A stretch of DNA of 64,000 nucleotides from Callorhinchus milii (GCF_018977255.1 NW_024704759.1:9734001-9798000); one strand, 5' to 3'; counted from the first letter of the stretch, positions 52,316-64,000 are shown. The notes: generated by a model from the sequence alone, not told the origin. Numbers and translations: made by a program.

Positions 52316-54964
52316 GAGGTTCTCGAGAATGCCAGGATGATGGAGATCATGAAGTGAGCGCCAAGAAATGTCGAACCGAAGACACCAACGTCTGTAAGAA
52401 ATGCTGTGCTGAGTTCTTCGATCTGTCCAAGTTCCTCGAGCACAGGAAAAATTGCACTAAAAACCCACCCGTTTTGATTATGAATGAAGGCGAGAGAGGA
52501 ATGCCTCCAAAAGACTGCCCAGAATCCTGTCCGGAAACCTTTACCAGCAACCAAATGGAAGGTCAGACCTCGAGTGATCAGTCCAAGAGCAGTGGTAGCT
52601 CTGACGGGAGGATGGACGAAGAGAGCGAACCTGCTGAGATGGATACTGATCATAATAACGTAGAATCTCAGAACGCATGTGCCTCAAATGCTGCTGCCGC
52701 CACCGCCAGTTTACATCAGTCCTCTGACGTGAGCACCGTGCCCCAATCCAAAATCCCCAACACTAACGTCACATTAGAGACCATTCAGAACACTAGCGTG
52801 GCAGTGACTCAGCACGTTCCTGACCACGTGCCTTCCAACAATTCCAACGCGACCGGAAGTGTGAACGTCATTCCCATCCTGCTCGAGCAACTGGTCTGCT
52901 TGCAGCAGCAACAGCTCCAGCAGATCCAGCTCACTGAACAAATCCGCATCCAAGTGGCGATGATGGCTCCTCATTCCCTGCACCCCTCGATTGTGGCAGC
53001 CGCAGATCCGCTCAAAGCCCTGGGGACCCACCTGTCGCAACAGCTTTCTGCTGCCGCTGCTTTAATTGGGCAGAAAGTCGGGAACCAAAGCTTTACCCTG
53101 GAAGGGTTCAAACCAGTTCAACTACCTCGTTCTTCGGTTGGCGTCATCCCAACGCCTTTCGCCAAAGGTTTGCACCTGTCCGAGTCAGGCTCTCTGCAGA
53201 CTGTCGGCCTGCTGTCCTCGCTAACCTCCAAGCCCGATCCCATCTCGCGCTCCGAAGTGGGGCTGAAACCCGGCTCGGCCATCCGATTCCCGAACCCGCT
53301 GCTACCTCAGTCGCCAAACGCCGTGTCGTTCCACAACTCGCTGTCGGGCCTGTCGGCGGCGTCCGCTGCCCGGAACCAGAAAGGTAAGCCTCCCAATGTC
53401 GCCGTGTTTGAGACCAAGTCCAGTTCCGAGGAGTCCTTTTTCAAACACAAGTGCAAGTTTTGCGGCAAGGTGTTTGGAAACGACAGCGCTCTGCAGATTC
53501 ACATCCGCTCGCACACCGGGGAAAGACCGTACAAATGTAACATCTGTGGCAATCGCTTCACCACCAAAGGAAACCTGAAGGTCCACTTCCAGCGCCACAA
53601 GGAGAAGTACCCTCACATCCGGATGAACCCCTATCCCGTTCCTGAACACCTGGACAATGTTCCCACCAGCAGCGGCATTCCCTACGGCATGTCCATACCG
53701 CCCGAGAGTTCAGCAAATTGGGTGGACACCAAGCCCGTCTTGCAAACATTGTCGAATTCCGTGGGGTTGAACCTATCCAGCGGTTTTGAGGAAACATCCG
53801 ACAAAGCTCCCGTCAGTGACTTTCTGCAACGACAGTCACCGACGGTTAGTGAATCTGCCTCCATGTCGTCCAATGTCAGCAACTACGAGGTTAACCTGGA
53901 TGTCCAGCCCAGCAAGCCCACCGCCGAAAACGGCAACGCCCTTAATCTGGCCGCATCCACATCCGAATCACTGAAGGCTAAGCCGTCTCTTGGTAACGTG
54001 TTCGACGAGAACGGCCAAGCGTCTGAGACCTCCAAGTTGCAGCAGTTGGTGGAGAACATAGACAAAATGACAAACGACCCGAATGAATGTGCCGTGTGCC
54101 ACCGTATACTGAGCTGCCAGAGCTCGCTCAAAATGCATTACCGCACCCACACTGGGGAAAGGCCGTTCAAATGTAAAATCTGTGGCAGGGCTTTCTCGAC
54201 CAAAGGCAACCTCAAGACTCACTACGGGGTTCACAGGGCAAAGCCACCTTTGCGAGTGCAACATTCATGCCCCATCTGCCATAAGCGCTTCACCAATGCC
54301 GTAGTCCTTCAGCAACACATTCGAATGCACATGGGAGGGCAGATCCCCAACACGCCTTTACCCGAGGGCTATTACGACGGCTCTGACCCAGAGCCTCTTC
54401 TGCTCGACGAAAATCTTGATTTCGACAGCAGTTTCACCGACGAAAACATGGATGAATCGGAGTTGGAGGGCGACAAGGGTACAAAGGTGCCTCCGGCTGA
54501 GGATTCCAAACCAGTTTTGCCTTATAGTGACTTGCCATCCAACTCCCCTTTGTTGGTCTTCTCAAGTATTGCTGCTTTAGAGAGTCAGATGAAAATGATC
54601 AACTCGGATGTGGATTTGCAGCGAAAGTCCAGTCTGAAATCGAGTGAAAACGGTTCTCCAGAAAGTGAAGTTATGACGAATGATTCCTTCTCGGCAGCTG
54701 GGGATCAGGAATATCCAATTGCACGAAGCCCAAGTGCCTCCGACTCTGCTTTGGTCCTCGCTTCATCTCCTGTTAACTACAATGACAAACACCAGTCTAA
54801 GTCGCCGGGATTCCTCACCATCTGTGAAGCTTCCAGAACCAACACCGAGCCTGCCGAGACCTCTGATGGGGCAAATGACGGGGCACTGGATTTAACCTCT
54901 GGCAATATATATCGCAAAGTTAAGGAAGAAGCACCTAGCGTTCCATTTACAAATGGGGACTGCA
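52316..54964 (+). CDS. SALL4: SALL4 exon 2: C2HC finger, Q-rich multimerisation helix, ZFC1 (double C2H2), ZFC2 (triple C2H2)
   Basis: Pyrimidine tract plus ttag|GA acceptor at 52315/52316, in frame with the 872-aa ORF. Motifs: [43 protein letters not shown], and SAL boxes [16 protein letters not shown]. Donor A|gtaagt at 54964/54965 (phase 1). Confidence 0.96.
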
Positions 54965-57831
54965 GTAAGTAACAGATTGCAGCCACTGCAACTTACTCCT
55001 TCCTGGCAGATCACATCAACATGGATTAATTCCATTTTAATTTTCCATTGTAGTCTCCAGAATAATGGTGTGTTGCTCTTGCTTAAAATGGGCCCTGATG
55101 CGATGATAGACTTTTTGGTTTAAGATTTCTTTACCTGAAAAATAAAATGGATCCAGATTTTAAGGGATGATGGGTGTGGTACCAAGATAGAAAGACAATC
55201 TCCTTTGAGCTTGGATTAGATAAATGATGCAACTTAAAATCAATGGTGTGATGTAAACCACTTCTGTAATGCTGAGAAACTGGGCTCCAAACGTAGAATT
55301 TGTGTCTAGCAGTAAATTCCATTTCCTACGTCGCCTGTGTTTGCCCTCCTGGTAGGAATTTGTTTGCTCTTTTCAAGTTGTGAATACCTTAGTCCTTGTT
55401 CTCCATCCGATTCCCAATGGATTGAGCTTTCCTTCAAGGAGAAGGAAGCCAATGTTGAGAAATGGGACACTTTTCCTAATTGGCATTCCTTGCCCCATCA
55501 AGCCCTCCCGGCCTGCTCCAGCAGAGATGAAATCCAGAGTTCTGCCTTGTTCTGCCCCATGAGGAATATTCCCTACCCCACCTCACTGGTGTGAATTGCT
55601 CATTGCTGTGTGAGCTACTGAATACTGGGCAAATACGGGTTGGCCAGTGGTCAACTGGGTTAGGTGTCCACATGTTATGTAGTGTTTCAGGCTGGTAGAG
55701 AATGCCGTGCCATCTGTCCAGGTTGGATTTAAACCAAGCTCCCAAAGATGAAAGCTGCTCTCTTGTTACATTGCAGTGAACATTGAGCTCAAACGATATT
55801 TAAATGAGCCAAGTGAATTTATTCTCCCTTTGTGACATTGGCAACAGACCTGGGTGTATTTCTGCTCTCTCGAAGTGAGATGACAAAAGTTGGGGGTGGG
55901 TGTGGGGTGGAAAGATTATAACCGAGTAACAGAATAGAAACTGAACACAATTAGTTGGTAAGACACATTGCACCTGGAATAGTTACATGTGTCTCACATG
56001 TTTATTTTTGTGTGAAATTTAGGATGATGCAGAATTGTGAAAAATTCTTCAATTAGGACTTAATTTGAAAGCTGATTTTCCACAGTTCTTAAATCCAAAT
56101 AAAGAACGTAAAGAGTTTTTTCCACAATTTCTGCGCAGTCTTAAATTTTAAACGCAAAATGGTCTTACAAACTGAGGCGAGATGGAATTTCAGGCCGATT
56201 GTCTTCATTCAAGCAGATTCTCAGTGTTTCCTGACCGGTGAAGACAAATGAATCACGTGACAGATCAACATATTATCTGATGAAACTGCAAATGAAATGA
56301 ACTTTGAAGCCAAAATTCTCTTTGTTTCTTCTCTTCTGCTCCCAAAGGGAAACCTTGCACATCTACTGCAGCTCACACCAGCTAACACTGCACAGCCATT
56401 GCTTCTGCTCTTGCTTTACAGCCTGCAATGCTCAATGCGCTCACCACAGACTACTACACTGCCATTACCGTGCAGATATCTTGTTGTTGCACAACCCCAG
56501 CAGTGTTCTGTATTCTGACCAGTTAAATCACCTCCACCAGAAAGTAGTACTTATGTAAGACCTATATTTGAAGTGACTTGCGGAGCAAAGATAGTTGTGA
56601 GAGAACTTTGCTCGGGGTTTGTCAGACTGGCCTTGTATTATTCCCATTGTGTGCTCTCTCTGATTCCCCCCCAACTTGGCCAGAGAGATCTGTGGATCTT
56701 TGGGTTGTGTTAAATTAGTTCACTTCAGCTAGGGTAGCAGTTGGAAGCTTGGGTGTTGTCTGCTGTTGTTGGATTTCGGGGGGGGGGGGGAGGGGAAACC
56801 GCAGGAGTAGACTTTATACCGTCAAATTACAATTCTTAATGGGGGTTTCTGTTAATTTTCATCTGCTGAAATGTCTTGAGTTCTATGTATGCTTCCATGA
56901 GTGCCAATATACAGTACGTGCACACACGCCTAAACTAAACCAATGGAACCTTATTTTTTTTAAGTCTCCTAATCCTTACCCATTAGTACTCTATTGATCA
57001 GTTGACTCAGCACAGACTGGGAATTAAATTTAAGACCGGCTAGAAAGGATAGCTTGGTGCTATACAGTTGTCTTTTCTCGTGAGGCTATCAGTGAATGTG
57101 GAAGCAGCAAGGGTTAATAAGAATTACACAGGAAACTTCAAACAGTCCAGCGCTGTGGTGAAGAAGTTAGTAGCTGTTCTTTTGACTCTGGGATCTGGGT
57201 TCAAGTCCAGTCAAGGGCGAAGTTCTGGAATGAGGGTCTGAACCGAAATGTGTTCAGGTCACTTTAGCTAATTGGTCTAATGTAGCACGTCAAGCACTAA
57301 TTTGGTAGTCTCACTTACAGTTTATAAGGTGACTGTTATGAGACACGGAAAACTCGTACTGATACAGTTGGGGCTTTTCTGAGACTGCGTTCAAGTCTGT
57401 GGTTGGACAGAGTAGAGATATTTATGGTTTGCTGGATGCTTGATGAGATATGATGCTAGGACTGGATGTGTTTCATTGTCTGTTACTTGGCTTGATGAGT
57501 AACAATGAAGATAACATCAATTTAAAGGCAGGGTGTTGATCTGTAAGGACAGTGAGCACAATTTTTCTCAACGTAGATTGCATTTTGCATTGGCTTGTGT
57601 TGTACAAAAGAAATGATTAAGAAAAGACGTGGTCCTTTATTGTTGAGCCTTTTGCTTTTAAGGTACATTTAAAGGCATCTGGGGACAGATTGCACGGAGC
57701 AGTTAGCAAATCTGTTGCATTTGGTTGCTGAATTAGCGACATTTGGTAGAGTGAACAAAAACCCATTATAAGAAGGGGTCCCTTGAGTGGCCCACGGTAG
57801 ACTAAACAGTCAAACTGTTGTATGTTTTCAG

Positions 57832-58145
57832 GTGCTGTCCAAGTTCCTGCAGGTTCCTTTGCCAGGATTCCTCCCGCTCTGATTAAAGTGGAAGCGAGTG
57901 GCCATGGAGAACGTCCAGTAAGCACCACTGCACAATTTCTTTCCCCGTCAAGCGTGGCTCCAATCTTGCCACCCATTTTGGCACCTCCACCCCGCCGCAC
58001 ACCTAAACAACACAACTGCCCTACCTGTGGAAAGTCCTTCTCCTCCGCGAGTGCTCTGCAGATTCATGAACGCACGCACTCTGGTGAAAAGCCATTTGCG
58101 TGCACCATCTGTGGAAGAGCTTTTACAACCAAAGGAAACCTCAAG
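57832..58145 (+). CDS. SALL4: SALL4 exon 3: most of ZFC4 (AT-rich DNA-binding finger pair)
   Basis: Acceptor ttttcag|GT (phase 1). Encodes [45 protein letters not shown]. Donor AAG|gtaact (phase 0). Confidence 0.95.
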
Positions 58146-58334
58146 GTAACTGGTTCAGATTGAGAAAATACTACAGTTGTGTACTGGTCTAAAATTCTTT
58201 TGATTTTTTTTTAAAAAAGCAATGACAGATAGCTCCAATAAGAACTAGCTTGCAAGTGAAGCGGACTTGTTTTACTTGGCGCCTTAGATCTAAGCGCCTT
58301 AGATAGCTTCTCTATCGACTCTGGTTGCCTTGTA

Positions 58335-58505
58335 GGATACTGAGCCGTACAGACAGGAAGCTTCCAGGTTTGATTCTTGGTCTGTGCTCATTTAGCTGAT
58401 CTCAATAGAGGCATCTGCAACTGACGTCCATGTCCCAGGTGATGGAGAGAGAGGGAAAGGGGAAATGGAGGCAGGATTCCTATTCATGATCAATGTCCAA
58501 TGGCT
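58335..58505 (+). mobile_element. AmnSINE2-like 5' portion in SALL4 intron 3
   Basis: actgagccgtacagacaggaagcttccaggtttgattcttggtctgtgctcatttagctgatctca. Confidence 0.6.
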
Positions 58506-59339
58506 GTTGAAATTACGCTTGTCTTGTGGTTGCAGATTTTCTTTCTCTCATTTCTTCTCTCTCTCCATCACATACATACAACACCTAGACATTTAAACAC
58601 ACTGCTGTTATTTGCTGTCCAAACTCTCCTGCAAATAATGACCATTGTGTGGAAGCACTATCCTATCAAGGGGAGCTGTACCAAGGATACAGTTGGTATC
58701 TGGAGTAGGGGGGTAGGGAAGGGGAGAGGTTATTTTCCCCTGCATGACTTGTGATCTCAAAGGCAGAGATGATTGCCCAATAATGACTGTTCTATTCCCG
58801 TGTTTTTACTCTCCAGTCTAGGCGTGTGTTCAGAGTTTTAAAGTTGTGAGGAGTTCTTTCAGTGGTAAACTGAAGCAGTTTGTGATGGAAGTGGTGGAGG
58901 AAATACTCTTGTATGGTCTGTGTTAAGGGCATTTCTTTGGGAGTTGGAAGGGTGTATTTCATTGGAAACTATTAAACCGCATAGCAGCGTACATCAAAGG
59001 TGGTTCAATCTGGGAAATCTCAAACAACATTGCTGGCCTGCAGATGAACTTGCTCACAGGGAGAGGAACACCGTGGCAATTGTACCCAGAGGTGAGGGAG
59101 GGGAATAGTTGTACCGTTTTTGTCCTGTTGAGGCAACAGCTTCGTTCTATTCATGTTGCTGTAGACCACTTCACTGCAGTATAAATGTGGCGACTTCAGA
59201 CTGTCTGTTCAGGTAGTGCTTGAAGCTGACAATCGCATATGTAGTGATCCTCTCGAGTTGGTATCTGCGACTTTGCTTGAAGCCTCAACGACAATAATAC
59301 TAATCATGTTAAAAAAAAATATTTTGCTTTGTATTGTAG

Positions 59340-59765
59340 GTGCATATTGGAACTCACATGTGGAATAACTCGGCCAGACGTGGGAGGCGTCTTTCGTTAG
59401 ACGGTCCTATGGTATTAATAGGCAATGACCCAAAGAAGTTCGCTGAGATGTTCCCCAAAGATCTAGTGGCTCCTGCGATGAAGGTTGAGCCGACGCTATG
59501 GAATCACTACACCACCTCACTCACCAATGGATTAGTCATGAAAACCAACGAGATCTCCGTGATTCAGAATGGTGGCATTCCTCCCCTCACTGTTAGTGTC
59601 ATGGGGAGTTCTGTGTTGAGTAACAGTGCCGCAGTCTCCAAAGCTGAGGGAACCCCACCTGCTATTAGCCCAGTGATGGCTGATGAAGACAAAGCCAGCC
59701 CTGAAGGCATTGTAACACCAACCTTCCCCCATTTTGTGGAGGAAAGTAAAATAGCTGTTAATTAA
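59340..59765 (+). CDS. SALL4: SALL4 exon 4 (terminal coding exon)
   Basis: Acceptor tttgtattgtag|GTG. Encodes VHIGTHMWNNSARRGRRL...KTNEISVIQNGG...FPHFVEESKIAVN*. The C-terminus, absence of ZFC3 and four-exon layout fit SALL4 rather than SALL1/3. Joined CDS is 3456 nt = 1151 aa. Confidence 0.94.
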   Translation: MHIGTHMWNNSARRGRRLSLDGPMVLIGNDPKKFAEMFPKDLVAPAMKVEPTLWNHYTTSLTNGLVMKTNEISVIQNGGIPPLTVSVMGSSVLSNSAAVSKAEGTPPAISPVMADEDKASPEGIVTPTFPHFVEESKIAVN

Positions 59766-60291
59766 AAAAAAACGAGACGTTCTTTAGCAAATGTGCAGTT
59801 TAGATTAGATTTTAGTCTTTAGTTTTTTTAAATGAAGAAGAAAAAAAGTACAACTACAAACCTCACTATGGGCTACTAATTTCAAATAAACCTCAAAAGT
59901 GTAAAATAGATTTTTACTGTAGCTGTGTCTCTAAATATCAAAATTGCTGGGTATCTCCTAAATTTAAGTTACGAGTACAATCAATGCTTTGCAAATTTAG
60001 TGTATAAAACTCTGGGATTATCTAAAGAAGAAAAATAAAGCGGGTCTTGCAAAGTGAAGCGTTTACAATGTTGACTTAAGTTTACAATATTTTTGAAGTG
60101 TACAGCCTCTTTCTCATGAATTTTTTTACTACAAAAAATCGTTATGAATCCAAAGATTGAAACCTATTCTGTAATGAGTGCTAGATTTTGGAATAATTAG
60201 TAGAAATTGAAATGAATCATTTCCATAACTACTATAGAGATTTTGTCTTTGAAGATGTGTGTGTATTTGTATTTACTGTTTATACATTAAA
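59766..60291 (+). terminator. SALL4: SALL4 3'UTR with candidate polyadenylation signals
   Basis: AT-rich sequence after the stop codon, with AATAAA at 59885-59890 and 60034-60039 and ATTAAA at 60286-60291. The site actually used cannot be determined. Confidence 0.5.
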
Positions 60292-61722
60292 ACCATTTAT
60301 GCGGGTAACTATTCTAGAATGTCAGTTGGTGCCATCCGTTTAGATTTTGATGACAATTCATTCCTTAAATCTTGAATGAACTCTTGTTTTTTTTTATATG
60401 GGGAAAAAAAAGTCCTAGTTAAATGATTTATTTGTAGGACTATATGTCTCTTCAAAGAAAAAGCTGCATTTTGGATGGAAATAAGTATCAAACTGGCCTC
60501 GACCAGGCCAGTAGAAATGTGTTTTTGGCCAAAGCAACTCATTTTTAATGCAGATGTTCCAAGCATTTGGCTGTGATATAATTTCTGATCAGGCTGTTAG
60601 TTTTCTGGGTGTTTAGGCTCCAAGCATCTCAGCAGTGGGGAGAATTTTTACCTGGCCCTTGTGTTTTGGAGCTTCCAGAACTTGGCAAATTATTGAATTC
60701 AGTCTTAACTTTGAAGTCTTACAAGAACTTACAGAAAGTGGGCTTCAAATTTAAGACCGTATTTTCCAAATTGTGGACTTGCGAAATGCTGGATAAACAG
60801 TAAATTTAGACGCAGATGGAATTTCTTCGCAAAGCCTGTGTTGTGGATTCATCTGTCCTTTTGACTTTGGCTTAGGTCACCAATTATTTGGGGGTGGGGT
60901 GGGAAGCTCTTATCACAGAGACCTTAGTGCCTTGCACACGGTCTGTGCTTTTTAAAAGAAATTAAATGAGAATGAGTGCTCATTTTTTTTAAAAAAAAAT
61001 AAGTTAATTGAGCGAGCAACCAGTTGATCAGAGCATTTAAACGAGGTAATTGACTCCATTTTTTTTCAATGCAAAATCATCGGGCAGGGGAGAAAAAAAA
61101 ACAAGAGAGAATTCTTGATGAGCGTGTGCCCACCCTGGTTGATTTCAAACCAGGGTTATGTGTTTAATTTCTGGATGGTGCACCATTTGTGCTTTGGCCA
61201 AAGGAGACCCACATGTAGCATATGAGGGAAGTGGGGAGGGTGGGCCCCAGAACTTGAAGTAATTTTGTTTAACTACCTCACTTTTTTTTTAAAAAAATTG
61301 CCATTTGTGTTTTTTTGTTGTTTGGTCGTGCTGGTTCCTTCCCCTCCCCCCCCCCCCCCCCCAGGCTATTGACCATTTTTTGTTCATGAACTGACCTCGT
61401 GCGTGGTCGGAAGGTGTCATTTCTCTTGCTTTTGGTGGACGACGGTTGCATCAGGTAGCGGATCGAGAGTTTCGCTGACGCAAGGATTTGGGAGCCTCAC
61501 ATAGACTTTTGTTCCACATTCTCCGACTCTTTTTCTGAGTGCTATAGTTTAACACTGAATGTACAACTGGAGTGCTGAACAAAACGGACACCGCATCTTG
61601 CTTTACTAACAGTACTTTGGGTCTTTCGGTAGCTGGGCTGATGTTTCAATGCCAAATTGAGAGCAAGCTACCATTTGCAGTAGTGTTTGATGCTCGGAGA
61701 TTACTGCTTCACATCGGCCTTG

Positions 61723-63247
61723 TCTTTGACTTTAGTTCACAATGTTTTTTCATGGTGCTTTGACATGCAAGTGGACTGATGCAGGGGTAACTGTGAATCT
61801 GCAGAACCTATATGGTTTACATGGAAAATGGATCTTTTGTTACATCATGTCAAAGATGCCTTGAATGGCATGATTATGTATGCTGTCTTTCATGAATGTT
61901 TTAGTGGCTCTCTTTAGTGCATCTACTGAATGTAAACTTGATTTTTTTTTCTTTCTGGCATATGGGAATAAATGCAGGTTGACATTGTTACAGTCAATCG
62001 TTGTCGTCTTTTGTCCTTTATTTCAAACCTCTTACATGCAAGGCTCAATGAAGCTACTTAACTAGGTGTTACTCGTCTGGTTTGCCAATCTACACAGCTG
62101 TGCAGATGAATGCAAGTTCTGCACAGGGACCAAGATTTCTCAATTGGTAAATTCACTATATGACGTGGTCTTGAACTATATAGGTTGGGTGGTTCTCAGG
62201 AGCTTGGTCCTTCCTCATCAACTTCCAGCTGAACTGACAAGCAGGACCTCAATATAATGTCTATTCTGAAGGACAGTTCCACCCACAACTCCACTGGAGT
62301 ACAGTGGCTAGTCTTTTGACTGTGACTTGGGTTAAAGTCCAGCCTAGCATGAAATTCTGGGATGAGGGGCTAACATGGAGTGTCAGTTTCTAACCTATTA
62401 TCTGGTTGAAGCACTAAAGTCCTATGCCTTAGTGCTTAGAGCACTTGCCTCGCAAATGAAAGACCTGGGTTTGATTCCTGGCAGGGCGAAACCTTGGACA
62501 AAGTTTCCTTACTCCACACGCCTGATAATAATTGCTCAAGAAAAAAATCAATAATAAATTGGTCACTTCAATCCATGACTGTTTGTGGGGCGCTGCTGTG
62601 CGCAATTGGCTGGCGGGTTTCGCCCACAAATATACAGTCAACTCACTTCACAGTACATTCTGTGAAGTGCTTTGAGACGTCTAGAAAAGGTGAAAAGAGC
62701 TATATCAAATGCAAGGATTATTATTAGAGAGCTGCTGAAACCATAGTTGTAAACTAGCAAACAACTTCAGGAAAACCAGTAAAACCTGATTCAGTATTTT
62801 TTTATATAATCAAATTCTCATTGATCTAATCTTTCCCTTGTCTTGTGAGTGAGTGTACAGAGGGCACTGTCGAGGGAATATGAGCTGCAGATGGGTAAGA
62901 ACCAAAGCTTGAGGGTGGGGGTTTGTGTTGGTACTGCTTGAGTTTAGTTAACTAAAACCTGAGCTTGCCATTGAAGGCAAATGAAAGGCAAGTGGATAAA
63001 TATATACATGTGTTTAAACACTAGTCGTCTGAAGAAATAACTGGAAAGTGAGATTAATAGTACAATAGGATTGATTCTGATGTACTTTGGCCCATTTGAT
63101 CTCAATCTTCCAGGATACTCACTCTAATATCTTTGACTTCAGTTCACAATGTTTTTTTATGGTGCTTTGACATGTACGTGGACTGATGCAAGAGTGACTG
63201 AATCCGTAGAACCTATATGGTTTACATGGAAAATGGACCTTTTGTTA
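61723..63247 (+). repeat. Pair of ~120-bp direct repeats (61723-61842 and 63130-63247)
   Basis: tctttgactt.agttcacaatgttttt..atggtgctttgacatg...agaacctatatggtttacatggaaaatgga.cttttgtta occurs twice with a few substitutions. Confidence 0.9.
62418..62726 (+). mobile_element. tRNA-Deu SINE, short subfamily
   Basis: Head, core and tail present. Confidence 0.9.
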
Positions 63248-63509
63248 AAAAAAGCTGTGCCTTTGTTATTGAAAGCCAATAATAAATTAAGACATAAATG
63301 AGGGAAGTAACATTAGAGCTAGCCATGTTCCCACCTAGTGTACAATATTCATATTGGACCAAGCACCTTTCTTGCCATGTTATCGCTCATTGGATCCGTT
63401 AGGCAGGAGTCGATCTTGGGTTAGGTGTCAGCTGGGTTCAGTTGGCAGCATTTTTGCCTCTGAACCAAAATGTTAGTGGGTTCAGGTGCCATGTTAGGAC
63501 TTTGAACTC

Positions 63510-64000
63510 ATGTAGTTGCCCTCAACTCCAGGACCACTGCTGTCCTGACAGACTGCCTGTTGGACATTAAGTCCTGTATGAGGGAAAATTTCCCACAGTT
63601 GAATGTGAACAAGACTGAGGCCCTTCTGAATGGCTCGCGCCAGCGCCTCTGCACCTCAGGCTCTGGCAGCATCAACCTCCATGGTTGCACACAACTCACC
63701 AAGCCAGTCAGGAACCTAGGTGTCTTGTTTGACCCTCAACTGTCTTTTCTTCCCCACATCCAAGCCATGGCTCACTCTGCCTTCCCTCACCTCTAACATC
63801 ACCCGACTCCACCACTACCTCACCCCTCAGGCCGCTGAAACTCTTGTTCATACCTTCAGGCTCGACTATGCAAACGCCCTGCTTGTCGGCCTTCCCAATC
63901 ATTCAAAGGATCCAGTTCAAGATCCTGGTCCTCACCTACAAACCCTCCATGGCCTCGCCCCACCCTACCTCTGCAACCTCCTACCAACCCGTCCGCTCCC
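63510..64000 (+). mobile_element. L2 LINE ORF2 C-terminal remnant, running off the window end; preceded by a SINE head at about 63424-63508
   Basis: DCLLDIKSCMRENFPQLNVNKTEALL...VRNLGVLFDPQLSFLPHI...RLDYANALL, characteristic L2 motifs. Confidence 0.88.

Noticed and set aside
52354-54972. Treating the 872-aa ORF as a complete single-exon gene
   Set aside because: It starts at GTG inside exon 2 and reads through the donor; true boundaries are 52316-54964.
52774-54986. Antisense and alternate-frame ORFs overlapping exon 2
   Set aside because: Expected shadows of a GC-rich coding exon.
52316-59765. Assignment to SALL1, SALL2 or SALL3
   Set aside because: No ZFC3, four-exon structure and an FPHFVEESKIAV C-terminus favour SALL4; formal phylogeny was not run.

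Overview
Vertebrate genomic DNA, most likely a cartilaginous fish. The dominant tRNA-derived Deu-domain SINE resembles chimaera/shark SINEs; this is an inference from repeat content. The window holds one protein-coding gene, a four-exon SALL4 (spalt-like 4) of about 1151 aa. Exons 2-4 are on the + strand (52316-54964, 57832-58145, 59340-59765). Exon 1 (MSRRKQPNPQHI..., 30862-30796) and its promoter lie on the MINUS strand, inside a gap-bounded segment that the ORF track misses. Next to it is a near-identical 755-bp inverted duplication that ends at a gap. The simplest reading is that two contigs (about 24297-26871 and 26897-31380) are mis-oriented; a real inversion or trans-splicing is possible but unproven. 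Other signals: an in-frame internal exon-2 donor predicting a SALL4B-like isoform, an overlapping uORF at -11, a promoter block that looks deeply conserved, a dense TGACA cluster upstream, hairpin/MITE-like elements, many AmnSINE2-like relics, and CR1, L2 and Gypsy remnants. Almost all other ORFs in the track are spurious. I see no solid evidence of a wholly new biological system.
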